Source of the DNA: Azolla caroliniana | Taxonomy: Eukaryota; Plantae; Polypodiophyta | Assembly (NCBI GenBank): GCA_043228905.1 | Contig: JBHGNT010000014.1 | Span: forward strand, 4,960,001 to 5,024,000 | Reading direction: 5' to 3' | DNA: 64,000 nt | Shown here: positions 53,280 to 64,000 of the stretch, one piece after another | Layout: every line of letters starts with the position of its first letter | Position numbering within the stretch: position 1 is the stretch's first letter | Position numbers and translations under genes: made by a program | The notes under the pieces: generated by a model | Told to the model about the DNA's origin: nothing | The model's input: only the letters and a program-made list of their open reading frames with translations | The model's database searches: none

Positions 53280-56211
53280 TGTAGAAAGTAACGTGCGGAA
53301 GCAAGTATGAAGACCGAACAGAAGGAAGGAAACTCAGGTTCAATGGAGAGCTTGAGCTTACGCAGTATACTTGGGAGAGACAGAGAGAGAAACACAAAAA
53401 ACTATATTCAACAATAATACTCAATCTGTACATAAGACGTGCTCAGTGAGCACTTTTATACAAGTCCTAGAAGGATTGACCGAAGTACTGACAGTACTTC
53501 AATGCTCATCAAGAGCTCCTACACTAACTCCCAAATATATTCCTCACGGAATATCTTTCCTAACGGCCCCCCGGTTTATGCACTCGGCCTAACCGATCGG
53601 TCCCAACCGATCCGGTCCTCGGCTTCTTCAGCCGATCCGGCCGATGTTGAGCTTGTCTCTCAACACTCCCCCTCAAGCTCAACTTGAGGCTCTTCGGGAT
53701 CTTCACAGCACCGGTTCCTCCTGGCTTCTCGCCTCGCTCGCGCTCCTCGACTTGTTCGACTCTGCGCGCTTTGACCCTTCCGATCGGCTTGTCTGCTCAT
53801 GTGGCCCTCATCAGCTCTTCTGTTGTTGCGGTGTTGACGCTTCTTCTACTGCCTTTTCTTCCGCTTGGGCCTCGGTTGATTCAGCGTGTCTGAATCAAAC
53901 ATCCGAACCGACTCGGCTACCTCCGATCGGTCTTCGCTCTCGTCTGAGTTGGCTGTCTCCAACTCGTCTTCAGTCTTCTCGCCCTCGATGGCGTCATCCT
54001 CCTCATGCGTGGTTGGCTTCGGCTCTCTCCTTCGGTTGCTCCCCTTCTGTCCGCTTCCGAACTTTTCGGCGGGTCCGCCCTCGGCTTCTTCAACCGATCC
54101 AAAGTCGAACTCGACAACCGACTCGGTGTTGCGGTCTCCGCTCCTTTCCTGCTGCTTTGCTTGGTCGTTCGGGACTGTTCTCCCCCTCATGTTTGGCATG
54201 TCAAGGTGACGCAATCCGAGCGCACCTGAGAATTGCCGCAACTTGTCCAGACCAAGAGGCTTGGTGAAGATGTCGGCAGTCAGCCGATCCATCGGAACGT
54301 ACTGAAGTTCGACTTCACCGGAAAGAACACGCTCACGGACGAAATGGTAGTGCACCTCAATGTGCTTGGTCCGTGGGTGGAAGACGGGGTTCTTCGCGAG
54401 TTGGATGCTGCCGAGGTTGTCGCAGTAGATCGTCATTGGATCGGACACCTCCTCTCACAGGTCCTTAAGTAGCCGCTTCAACCATATGGCTTCGCATGTC
54501 ACGACAGCCGCTCCTCGGTACTCGGCTTCGGTGCTCGACAGTGCAACTGTCGGCTGCTTCTTACTACTCCACGCGATCGCGGCACTCCCGAGGGAGAACG
54601 CGTATCCAGACGTGGATCGGCGATCGGCGGCGTTGCCAGCCCAATCAGCATCGGTGTAGCCGACTAACTGCGTGGCTGCACCGGTCCGATATAGCAGTCC
54701 CCAGTCCTTAGTGCCGTTGACATACCGAAGTATGCGTTGCACACACTGAAGGTGCTCCTTGGTAGGTCGCACCATGAACTGACTGATCACCCCGACCGGA
54801 TAACTGAGGTCGGGTTGGGTGATGGTCAAGTATATAAGGCTTCCGACAATTTGTCGGAACCTCGTCGGGTCACATACCTTTCCCGTATCGGGACGAAGCT
54901 TGACGGTTCTGTCCAGAGGAGTCGAGATGGACTTACAGTCGGCCATCCCGAATTTGAAGAGCATATTCAACACGTAATGACGTTGGCTGATCAATATGCC
55001 TTCGGGGGTACGGATCACTTCGATCCCGAGGAAGTAATGAAGGTCTCCCAGATCCTTCATGTCGAACAATGCCGCAAGCTGGAGCTTCACGCGGTCGATT
55101 TCACCTAGGTCGGCGTCGGTGATGACCAAGTCATCGACATATAGTAGAATACTAACCGGGCCGAGTCGACCTTTCCAGATGAACAGGGAAGAGTTCGATT
55201 TTGACGTGACGAAACCCATCCGACACAGTTGTTGCGTGATCTTCGCGTTCCAGGCATGCGGGGCTTGCTTCAGTCCGTAAAGGGACTTCTTCAGTCGGCA
55301 TACTGCCGAGGAGTTCGTTCCGGAGTGAAATCCGGGGGGCTGTACCGTGTACACTTGTTCCTCAAGGTCACCTTGTAGGAACGTATTCTTTACATCCATT
55401 TGATGTAGGTGCCACCCCTTGGTCGCGGCTACTGCGAGCAAAACACGAACGGTCGTCATTTTCGCGACCAGCGCAAACATCTCATCGTAGTCGATGCCGT
55501 GTTTCTGCGCGTAGCCCTTTGCCACTAGCCGAGCCTTGTACCGGTTGACCGAGCCATCGGTGTTGTACTTGACCTTGTACACCCACCTACACCCGATCAG
55601 TTTTACCCCCTTCGGTGCGTCAACCAGGTCCCAGGTCTCGTTCTCCGCCAATGCGTGCATCTCTTCCTCCATCGCGGCACGCCAATTCGCGTTGTCGTGC
55701 CTTTCGGCTCCGGATCGTTGCGTGAGTCGGGTGGGAACCGCCGAGGTTTTGGACTAGGAGGAGGAAGAATTTGAGGCTAATCTTGTGAATCCCACAAGTA
55801 TTACATTAATCAATATTTATGTAAGAATATGAATTTAGATTGAAAGAGATAGATTATCTTAAACTTCGTGAATCCCACGAGTATATTTTATTGATTGTTG
55901 GTGTTTTAGGAAATATATCCAATTTCCCAAATATTTTTCACACACAATTACATTATGCTCCCCATCCTTATGTAGTGATGAGGAAGTCTTAGTAATCTAT
56001 GCTTTTTCTCTAACTATAGACCCCATGCTTTTCCTATAGATAGACTATATGCTTTATCTAAAGTGATCATGCTTTTTTTCTAACTTGTGCGTTTTTTATC
56101 ATGCACGCTAGATGTGTATGTGTAGCTTTTTCTTTTGTTATGCGTTTTTCTAATGTTTATCCTAGCGTGAATTTACCTTTCTATGTGGGACATCTATGCT
56201 TTAACACTAAT

Positions 56212-56285
56212 GAAATGCTAGTGTAATGGTAAGACATTACATTATTAACATGGAGGTGCAAGGTTCGAATCTTGCCCTATGCATG
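56212..56285 (+). other. tRNA-like Pol III module in element A LTR (second copy 62447-62520)
   Basis: A box TAGTGTAATGG (56219), B box GGTTCGAATC (56262) in GCAAG/CTTGC hairpin; T4 runs shortly downstream. Confidence 0.75.
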
Positions 56286-58335
56286 TTCCATTTATTTTGC
56301 TATTTTCTTCTATTTCTTCATTTTTTATTGAATCTAATACTATATACGTTTTTCACGTAGTGTACAAAATACACTACGACACTCACCCCCTCCAAACCCG
56401 CACATCCTCCGGTATGTGCCGAAGTTGTTGGTGTTTGTTAGTCTCCTCCTTCATCCTCCGTTTGTCCCGCTATGTCAACTTTGTCTCTCCATTTTGAGTA
56501 GACCCATTCTTTCCACCCGAACCATTGTCGCCATCCGATCCACCATATTCTATGTTCGCTTTTTGCATGGCCCGCTTGGTCCTTGTCATCCGCGGTAGTA
56601 TCTTTTCTTGCCCTCTTTCTTTTCTTCATCAATCTCGACTTCTTTTCGGATTTTCGGTTTAGTCGGATTAGCTTACTTCCGATTCGGTCTCGTCGGATCG
56701 TCTTTCGTTTAGTTCGGCTTCCTTTCCAATTTGTATTCGGTCGATCCGGACTCGGTTGATCGGTTTTTACCGATTCAGTGCTCTTTCGGGTCGGTTTCTT
56801 TTCTTTTCTTTTCGTCCGGATTTGCTTTCTTTTCTTCGTTTTCACCTGCCTTGTCCGGTTCGACTTTCGGCACTTCTTTCCGTTGTTCGCCACGTAGGTC
56901 CTCCGATATGTGCTCGTTGTTCGGTCCTCGTGTGGTTGTAATGCATGCTTCTTTTCTCGCCGTAGCGCGTGCTTCTTTATTCGCCATAACACGCGTTTCT
57001 TTATTCGCCGTAGAGCGTGCTCTGTATTACGCGCTTCTCCCGTCGTAGACCCGACCTCCGCATTGTCGCACTTTCTTTTAGATTGGAATTTCGGATGGAT
57101 CATTTTCCATCCGAACCGACTTCCGACTTTACCTTCCTCGCCGCCATCTCCCGTCTCTCCGGTCTCACGTTGGTTCTCGGACACAACCGCCGAAGTCTCT
57201 AGATATTGTTGGCATGAATCCTCGGTATTACCTTCTTTCGTAGTTTCACCCTTAGCATTCTTCTCGGCTATCTCTTCATCGTATTCGTCGGCTTCGACAT
57301 TCGTTTTCTCTCCGCCACCTTCCGTCTCTTCGGTCTCACGTTGCCTTTCGATCGCAACCGCCGGAGTCTCTGGAATCAGTGGTGGGGAAGTCTCGATATG
57401 GCAATCCGCCATTGATTCGTCCATAGCCACCTCCGATTCGATTTCTTCTTTTGTGGCTACCTCCTTAATCACATCCGCTTCACACTCTTTATCTGCATCA
57501 ATTATGCAAACATCTATTATGCTTACCCCTTTTTGACCCGATGTCTCGGGCACTTGTATCCCGAAATTTCCTTCTACACTTGAATTATCGGCCTTATCCT
57601 TCGCCATCGTTCTTTCACAAGACGAGTGGGTGTCTTGTTCCACTCTTTCTCCCGTGGTACCATCATGTTGTATTTCGGCCTTCATATTGGCTTCATCGTT
57701 TTTCCTCAATCGACCATCCTTCATGGGCCATGTCGTTGTTGACGAGATTCTCAGCTTCCTTTCATCATGTCTTCGGCATACCCTTTCGACTTTGGCCCAA
57801 TCCTCGGTAAGGCCGTTCGCACCGTCATCATCTTCGAGTTCGATCCCAATGTCCATCCTTTCTTTCCGATCGATCGATCTTACGAACATTAAGACTTTAT
57901 CTTCTCCCACCAATCTTCGTTCCCGCTCCGAGAGTCGAGCAAAACGATGCTCGAACTCTAGGAATGCTTGTGTTGCACTTCGGTGGGTCTTCTCCGATGC
58001 CACCCATTCGTCGAATTCTCGCCGATCTTTTCCCTTCGATCTCTTGTAATCATATGCCTCTCGTAAAGCTTCTTCGAATGACCCCCATGTCGAGTTTTGT
58101 TGCCGTATCTTGTGGATTCTCTCTTGTAGCTCATCCGTGGCCACCCGATTGAAGGATGTCACTTGCAATCCTTCTGGTATCCCACATCGTATCATCTCCG
58201 CCTTGTAGTCACGTTGTCGTGACGATTTTCGGCTACGGTGTGAAACCGAGTGAGACGAATAAACCAAGGATGTGCAACATTGCACATGCACTTAGCAAAT
58301 AAACCTAGCCTAGTGGCACTTGAGTTCATACAGAG

Positions 58336-58407
58336 GGGTGCAAGCAAGGATTGAACCTTGCACCTCTAGCATACAAGATAATTGCCTTACCACTAGGACA
58401 ACTATCA
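58336..58407 (-). other. tRNA-like Pol III module in element B LTR (second copy 61211-61282)
   Basis: Minus strand TGTCCTAGTGGTAAGGCA (A box/D-arm) and GAGGTGCAAGGTTCAATCCTTGC (B box hairpin). Confidence 0.72.
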
Positions 58408-58902
58408 TATAGTGTAGATTATATGTATTTCCTTTTCATATACAAATTATAGACGAAACAACCATAGAAAACCATGTGCACAAAACCATGGTTTTAAACC
58501 CATGGTTTGTGCATGACATAAGCAAAACCGTGTGCACAAAACCATGGTTTTAGCCCATGGTTTTGTGCATGTCACGAGCATGGAAAGACCTATAAAAGCC
58601 TCTAGTTGGGCTTGTGTAAGGGGGGCTCAATATGTGATATCACCAACACCATTATCATCAATATAATTATATTTGTCTTTATCTTCTTCATTATTTTCTA
58701 CTTCTCAAGTGTACAATTTTTCTCCTTCTCAAGTAAACCAATTTCATCTAATCTTACATTGATCGTCATCTAGCATCGATAATTCCGCGAACGTCCTCCC
58801 CAGTCCAAGACCCCGGTGGTCGCTCGAGTAGCACACGCACGCGCGAATCTTCGCGACATCATTTGGTGAACCCGACGTGAAGAGCAGCAGGGGAGGACGA
58901 AG

Positions 58903-61128
58903 ATGGATGGCGAATATCTCATGGAGGCAATGTCAAGAAGGATGATGGAGTTTCTGAGAGAAGAGAAAAGAAGAAATGAAGCCCAACAAGCCGTCGACAA
59001 AGTAGTCGAACGAATGAGCTATTTCAACGGTGCCGAAGTCCAAAGTTTCCTAAAAGTCTACAATGCGGAGATGGATTCAAGAGGTGTGGACAAAGCTATG
59101 AGGCTAGAGTACTTTTGTCGGGTGGTGTCTCAACCGATCTTCAAAGATGTAACAGAGCTTCTAGAAGCTCATGATTCGTGGGCGACTTTCAAGAAGGCTC
59201 TATTGGAGGAATATGGCTATGAGAGGCAGAAGGGACAAGATCGACGCAACTTCGACCAATGGGTGACATCAGCGAAGACCCACCAAGGCGCGACACAAGC
59301 ATTCGTAGACTTCGAGCATCAATTTTCTCAATTGTCGGAGCGGGAACAAAGATTGGTGGGGGTTGATAAGGTCCTTATGTTCGTGAAGTCAATCGATCGA
59401 ATGCAAAGGATGGCGATCGGTCTCAAACTCGAAGAAGATGATGGTGCAAATGGCCTCATCGAGGATTGGAGCAAAGTGGGAAGTGTATGCCGACTACACG
59501 ATAAGGGGCAAGCGAGAATATCGACGACAACAAGACGGCTCATGAGGGACGATCGAAGAGGGACAAGATGCAACAACGCGCCACCAACAAAAGAAATGAA
59601 GCTTAAAAGGGAGACAAAACCGAGGCAAATGGTGATCGAGGAAGAAGAGACCTCCCAACAAATGCGGGTTAATGAAGTGGCCGATACAAAGGCTAAGGTT
59701 CGGTATGACGGTACCGAGAGAGAAGGTGTGAAACAAGTCACCTTCTTGTCTTACAAAGAAACGACGGCGAAGGAGGAGGCCGATGACTCGAGGACGGCAA
59801 ACGCCACTTCGAGGGAGGATAAATGTTTCGGAACACGCATTGTGTACGAAACATCGGGTGATGACGGCGCAAGCATGAGAAAAGCTTGCATGATCGAGGG
59901 AGAAAAACTGTTTGAGTCTGAAGAGATTGAGGAGGTAGCCATGACAAACAACATCGAGTCGGAGGTGGCTATGGATGAGACGACGACGGATAGCCATGTC
60001 GACACTTTCTTCACGCTTGTTCCAGAGACTTCGGCGGTTGCGCCCATGTGCCAACGTGAGACCGGAGAGACGGAAGGTGGTGACGGGAAGACAAAGGCCC
60101 AACACAAAGAGGAAGAAGATCGAGGAAGAAAGGATATCCCCACACCTATTCTAGAGACTTCGGCAGTTGTGCACGTGCGCCAACGTGAGACCGGAGAGAC
60201 AGAATGTGTGGACAAAAAAGAGGACGACCGGAAGGGCGATGAAGAAGACAAGGTAAATGTAAATGAACGAAGGGATTCCTTCACACTGGTTCCGGAGACT
60301 TCGGCAGTCGAGACCGTGTGTCGACATAAGACCGAAGATAAAGGAGGTGGCGAAGAGGAGACAATATGGCTCGAGGCGAGCATACACAGAGGGAAGGATA
60401 TGGCCGACGTGGAGGCCAAGGATGAAGCTGCGGTTGAGTTCGATGGAGAGGTTGCATGCGGGAAGGAAGGAAGAGTCGAGAACCGGTTGAACCGGAAGAC
60501 GATCCGGCCGGGATTCCGACCCGAACGAAGGAAGATCCACATGGGAGCCGATCGACCGGGGCCGACCCGGCCGAAACCTGATTCGGCGAAAATCGATCGG
60601 ACGATTCCGATCCAAAAGGGGGCCGACCCAGCCAGAATCAATCGGTCGAGCCCGACCCGGGGAAATGTGAATGCAGACGAAGGCCAACCAAGCCAAGAAG
60701 CGATCGGTGGAGACCGATCCGGACAAGGGCAAACCCGGCCTAATCGGAGATCGACACGAACGATCTACAATACCCAGTTGAAGACGGTGAGCGTGAGGAG
60801 TGGCCAGGAGTCCAATCGAAGGACACGCGCGGTGGACGAAGGAAGAGCGGTCGTATCGACGACATCGTTCGGTAGATCTACTACAACCGATCGGGGAAGA
60901 AGGTGTGAGCGCCGGATATGGTGGATCGGGTGGCTACGGTGGTTCGGTTGGAAAGATTGCGCATACTCGAAGTGGAAGATGAAGTCGACGAGCGTGCAGA
61001 GGAACTCGGTTGATCACCGTTGCCAAAGATCTCACCTCTTCACCTTTCTCGGCACATACCGGAGGATGTGCGGGTTTGGTGGGGGTGGATGTCGTGACGA
61101 TTTTCGGCTACGGTGTGAAACCGAGTGA
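58903..61128 (+). CDS. Gag-like protein of element B (741 aa): capsid-like N-terminus, acidic repeats, basic region, Trp-rich motif; no protease/RT/integrase
   Basis: Single uninterrupted ORF filling the internal region and ending inside the 3' LTR; homologous to element A ORF. Confidence 0.85.
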   Translation: MDGEYLMEAMSRRMMEFLREEKRRNEAQQAVDKVVERMSYFNGAEVQSFLKVYNAEMDSRGVDKAMRLEYFCRVVSQPIFKDVTELLEAHDSWATFKKALLEEYGYERQKGQDRRNFDQWVTSAKTHQGATQAFVDFEHQFSQLSEREQRLVGVDKVLMFVKSIDRMQRMAIGLKLEEDDGANGLIEDWSKVGSVCRLHDKGQARISTTTRRLMRDDRRGTRCNNAPPTKEMKLKRETKPRQMVIEEEETSQQMRVNEVADTKAKVRYDGTEREGVKQVTFLSYKETTAKEEADDSRTANATSREDKCFGTRIVYETSGDDGASMRKACMIEGEKLFESEEIEEVAMTNNIESEVAMDETTTDSHVDTFFTLVPETSAVAPMCQRETGETEGGDGKTKAQHKEEEDRGRKDIPTPILETSAVVHVRQRETGETECVDKKEDDRKGDEEDKVNVNERRDSFTLVPETSAVETVCRHKTEDKGGGEEETIWLEASIHRGKDMADVEAKDEAAVEFDGEVACGKEGRVENRLNRKTIRPGFRPERRKIHMGADRPGPTRPKPDSAKIDRTIPIQKGADPARINRSSPTRGNVNADEGQPSQEAIGGDRSGQGQTRPNRRSTRTIYNTQLKTVSVRSGQESNRRTRAVDEGRAVVSTTSFGRSTTTDRGRRCERRIWWIGWLRWFGWKDCAYSKWKMKSTSVQRNSVDHRCQRSHLFTFLGTYRRMCGFGGGGCRDDFRLRCETE

Positions 61129-64000
61129 GACGAATAAACCAAGGATGTGCAACATTGCACATGCACTTAGCAAATAAACCTAGCCTAGTGGCACTTGAGT
61201 TCATACAGAGGGGTGCAAGCAAGGATTGAACCTTGCACCTCTAGCATACAAGATAATTGCCTTACCACTAGGACAACTATCATATAGTGTAGATTATATG
61301 TATTTCCTTTTCATATACAAATTATAGACGAAACAACCATAGAAAACCATGTGCACAAAACCATGGTTTTAAACCCATGGTTTGTGCATGACATAAGCAA
61401 AACCGTGTGCACAAAACCATGGTTTTAGCCCATGGTTTTGTGCATGTCACGAGCATGGAAAGACCTATAAAAGCCTCTAGTTGGGCTTGTGTAAGGGGGG
61501 CTCAATATGTGATATCACCAACACCATTATCATCAATATAATTATATTTGTCTTTATCTTCTTCATTATTTTCTACTTCTCAAGTGTACAATTTTTCTCC
61601 TTCTCAAGTAAACCAATTTCATCTAATCTTACATTGATCGTCATCTAGCATCGATAATTCCGCGAACGTCCTCCCCAGTCCAAGACCCCGGTGGTCGCTC
61701 GAGTAGCACACGCACGCGCGAATCTTCGCGACAACGTAGATAGCATGACACATCGTTTCCGTTGAATTGTCCGTTTCGTTGTACGAGCCGTTGTACTACT
61801 GTCGTGATCTCCGACATCTCGCGTTGTTCTTGTAGCATTCTCTCGAACATCATCATCATCATGTTCATCGCCTCTTGTTGATTCTCCATCTCCTTGCCAC
61901 CCGCCTTCACGTCGGGTTCACCAACTGTGTCGTGCCTTTCGGCTCCGGATCGTTGCGTGAGTCGGGTGGGAACCGCCGAGGTTTTGGACTAGGAGGAGGA
62001 AGAATTTGAGGCTAATCTTGTGAATCCCACAAGTATTACATTAATCAATATTTATGTAAGAATATGAATTTAGATTGAAAGAGATAGATTATCTTAAACT
62101 TCGTGAATCCCACGAGTATATTTTATTGATTGTTGGTGTTTTAGGAAATATATCCAATTTCCCAAATATTTTTCACACACAATTACATTGTGCTCCCCAT
62201 CCTTATGTAGTGATGAGGAAGTCTTAGTAATCTATGCTTTTTCTCTAACTATAGACCCCATGCTTTTCCTATAGATAGACTATATGCTTTATCTAAAGTG
62301 ATCATGCTTTTTTTCTAACTTGTGCGTTTTTTATCATGCACGCTAGATGTGTATGTGTAGCTTTTTCTTTTGTTATGCGTTTTTCTAATGTTTATCCTAG
62401 CGTGAATTTACCTTTCTATGTGGGACATCTATGCTTTAACACTAATGAAATGCTAGTGTAATGGTAAGACATTACATTATTAACATGGAGGTGCAAGGTT
62501 CGAATCTTGCCCTATGCATGTTCCATTTATTTTGCTATTTTCTTCTATTTCTTCATTTTTTATTGAATCTAATACTATATACGTTTTTCACGTAGTGTAC
62601 AAAATACACTACGACAGCGTCTTTAGCTGCTTCTGCGTAGCTCTCCGGCTCACGCACTTCCGCTACATGGGTCATGTACGCATAATGATGCGCCATGTAC
62701 TCGTTGTATCCGAACCACACAACTGGGTTCTTGTGGCGGGTAGATCGGCGTAATCTCACATTAGCCGATGTCGAGGCCTTCTCGGTCGACGCGGTCTTCA
62801 CCTTTAAAGACCCGTCACCGGTTCCCTCGGAGTCGGACTCGCGTCAGTCTGACTCATTCCTATCTGTGCCGGAATCCGACACCTTCTTCTTCCCTTTTTC
62901 TTTGCGCGTAAGCCATCTCCTCAGCTTCCTGCGCGGGGAATGCACGGCCGAGTCTCCACTACTCGCAGGCTCTTCATCGGACTGGTCGTACCGACCCAGT
63001 CGTCCAATCGGTCCACTTAACCGGAGTGAAATCGGACTCTCTTCGTAGGTCTCGATTTCGGGCTCATCCGGAGGCATCTCGGCCTCGCTGACCTCATCGT
63101 TAGAGCTCGGATTGGGGGCAAGGTTTGGAGTCGGGGGCAGGTACCAGGACGCGGACTCATCAAACACAACGTCGCGGCTGACACGCGCTTGTTTGGTGCA
63201 AGGGTTATAGCACTTATAACCCTTCTGCTCGTCCGAGTAACCGACCAAGATGCACTTCTCAGCCTTTGCGTCTAGCTTCCTCCTTTTCTCCTTCGGTACA
63301 TGCACATACGCAATGCTACCGAACACCCTCAAGTGTCGCAAGTTCGGCTTCGTTCCGAAATATAGCTCGTGCGCCAACACTTTGTCTCCGATCCGGTTTT
63401 GGATGTATACCGTGGTCCTTACCGCCTCGGCCTAGTAGAACTTGGGCAAGCTCTTCTCCTCCAGCATTGCCCGTGCCGCTTCCACAATCGACCGATTCTT
63501 TCTCTCGGCCACGCCGTTCTGCTCCGGCATGTATCTACAACTAAATTCGCGGCGAATTCACATTTGTTGTAGGTAACCGTTGAATTGACAGGAAAAGTAC
63601 TCTTTCCCGCCATCCGACCGCAGGCACTTGATCTTTCGTCCCGTTTTGGTTTCCACGAACCCTTTGAGGTCCCGGAAACAGTCGAAGACTTCGCTCTTCC
63701 TCTCAATGAGGTAGATCCACGTGTGCCGCGTGTGGTCGTCGATGAAGGAGACGAAATATCGGCTCCCGCCAAGACTAACGTTTTGTGCCGGCCCCCACAC
63801 ATCGGAGTGTATAAGGTCGAGTTTGTTCCGGCTCCGGTTTCGCTCGTTGGGGAAGGGAAGTCGGTGTTGCTTCTCGAGCTGGCAGGCTTCACAAATTTGT
63901 GCCTTTTGGCCACTAAATTTGGGCAATCCGAACACTACCTGTTTCGATTGCAGATCTTGAAGCCGTTGGTGGTTGACGTGGCCTATCCGCTTGTGCCACA

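Larger units (their letters stand above)
58215..61733 (+). mobile_element. Element B: Gag-only non-autonomous LTR retrotransposon, 3519 bp; LTRs 58215-58858 and 61090-61733 (644 bp); TSD ACGT
   Basis: LTRs appear identical; PBS TGGTGAACCCGACGTGAA (58864-58881, tRNA-Trp); PPT before 61090; ACGT at 58211-58214 and 61734-61737. Confidence 0.95.
56438..61889 (-). pseudogene. Gag-like ORF of element A (642 aa when 61889-61738 is joined to 58214-56438), interrupted by element B
   Basis: Joined frame FNGNDVSCYLR|DYKAEM is open and homologous to element B ORF. Confidence 0.88.
55693..62616 (-). mobile_element. Element A: Gag-only (TR-GAG-like) non-autonomous LTR retrotransposon, about 3.4 kb without B; LTRs 55693-56381 and 61928-62616 (689 bp); TSD GCGT
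   Basis: LTRs differ at one position seen; PBS TGGTGAACCCGACGTGAA (61906-61923, complementary to plant tRNA-Trp 3' end); PPT at 56382-56398. Confidence 0.95.
53280..64000 (-). mobile_element. Ty1/copia element F (3' LTR 53280-53665; runs off window), host of elements A and B
   Basis: TGTTGAG...TTCTACA LTR, PPT CTTGAGGGGGAG (53666-53677), integrase 62844-63935, RT/RNase H 54455-55672 and 53846-54448; removing A restores AAKDANWRAAMEEE. Confidence 0.93.

Noticed and set aside
56438-58291. 617-aa ORF as a stand-alone gene
   Set aside because: Its first 25 or so codons come from the LTR of B; the true N-terminus is at 61889-61738.
59328-60732. Long antisense ORFs within B (and 56910-58049 within A)
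   Set aside because: Ser/Phe-rich shadows of the purine-rich gag strand; no independent motifs.

Overview
Eukaryotic land-plant nuclear DNA, most likely a fern (inferred from the PLS-PPR style, Tcn1-like chromovirus and microsatellite content). A central gene island (about 7.2-40.1 kb) holds spliced genes for an RRP9/YAO-like U3 snoRNP WD40 protein, a BODYGUARD-like hydrolase, a soluble inorganic pyrophosphatase and a PLS-E PPR protein, plus one possible orphan ORF. Both flanks are deeply nested LTR-retrotransposon clusters, which I resolved from LTR termini, target-site duplications (TSDs) and restored host reading frames. The most striking signal is that five different Ty3/gypsy-type LTRs (eight copies) carry a tRNA-like Pol III A-box/B-box module in U3, always antisense to the element and upstream of the LTR promoter, while the copia-type LTRs lack it. 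These elements include two very young nested Gag-only elements (tRNA-Trp PBS, 4-bp ACGN TSDs, conserved Trp-rich C-terminal motif, identical pre-PPT hairpin), a remnant of their probable pol-bearing helper, and a non-coding element with a Tf1-type 11-nt self-priming site. All calls were made by eye; no database searches were run.
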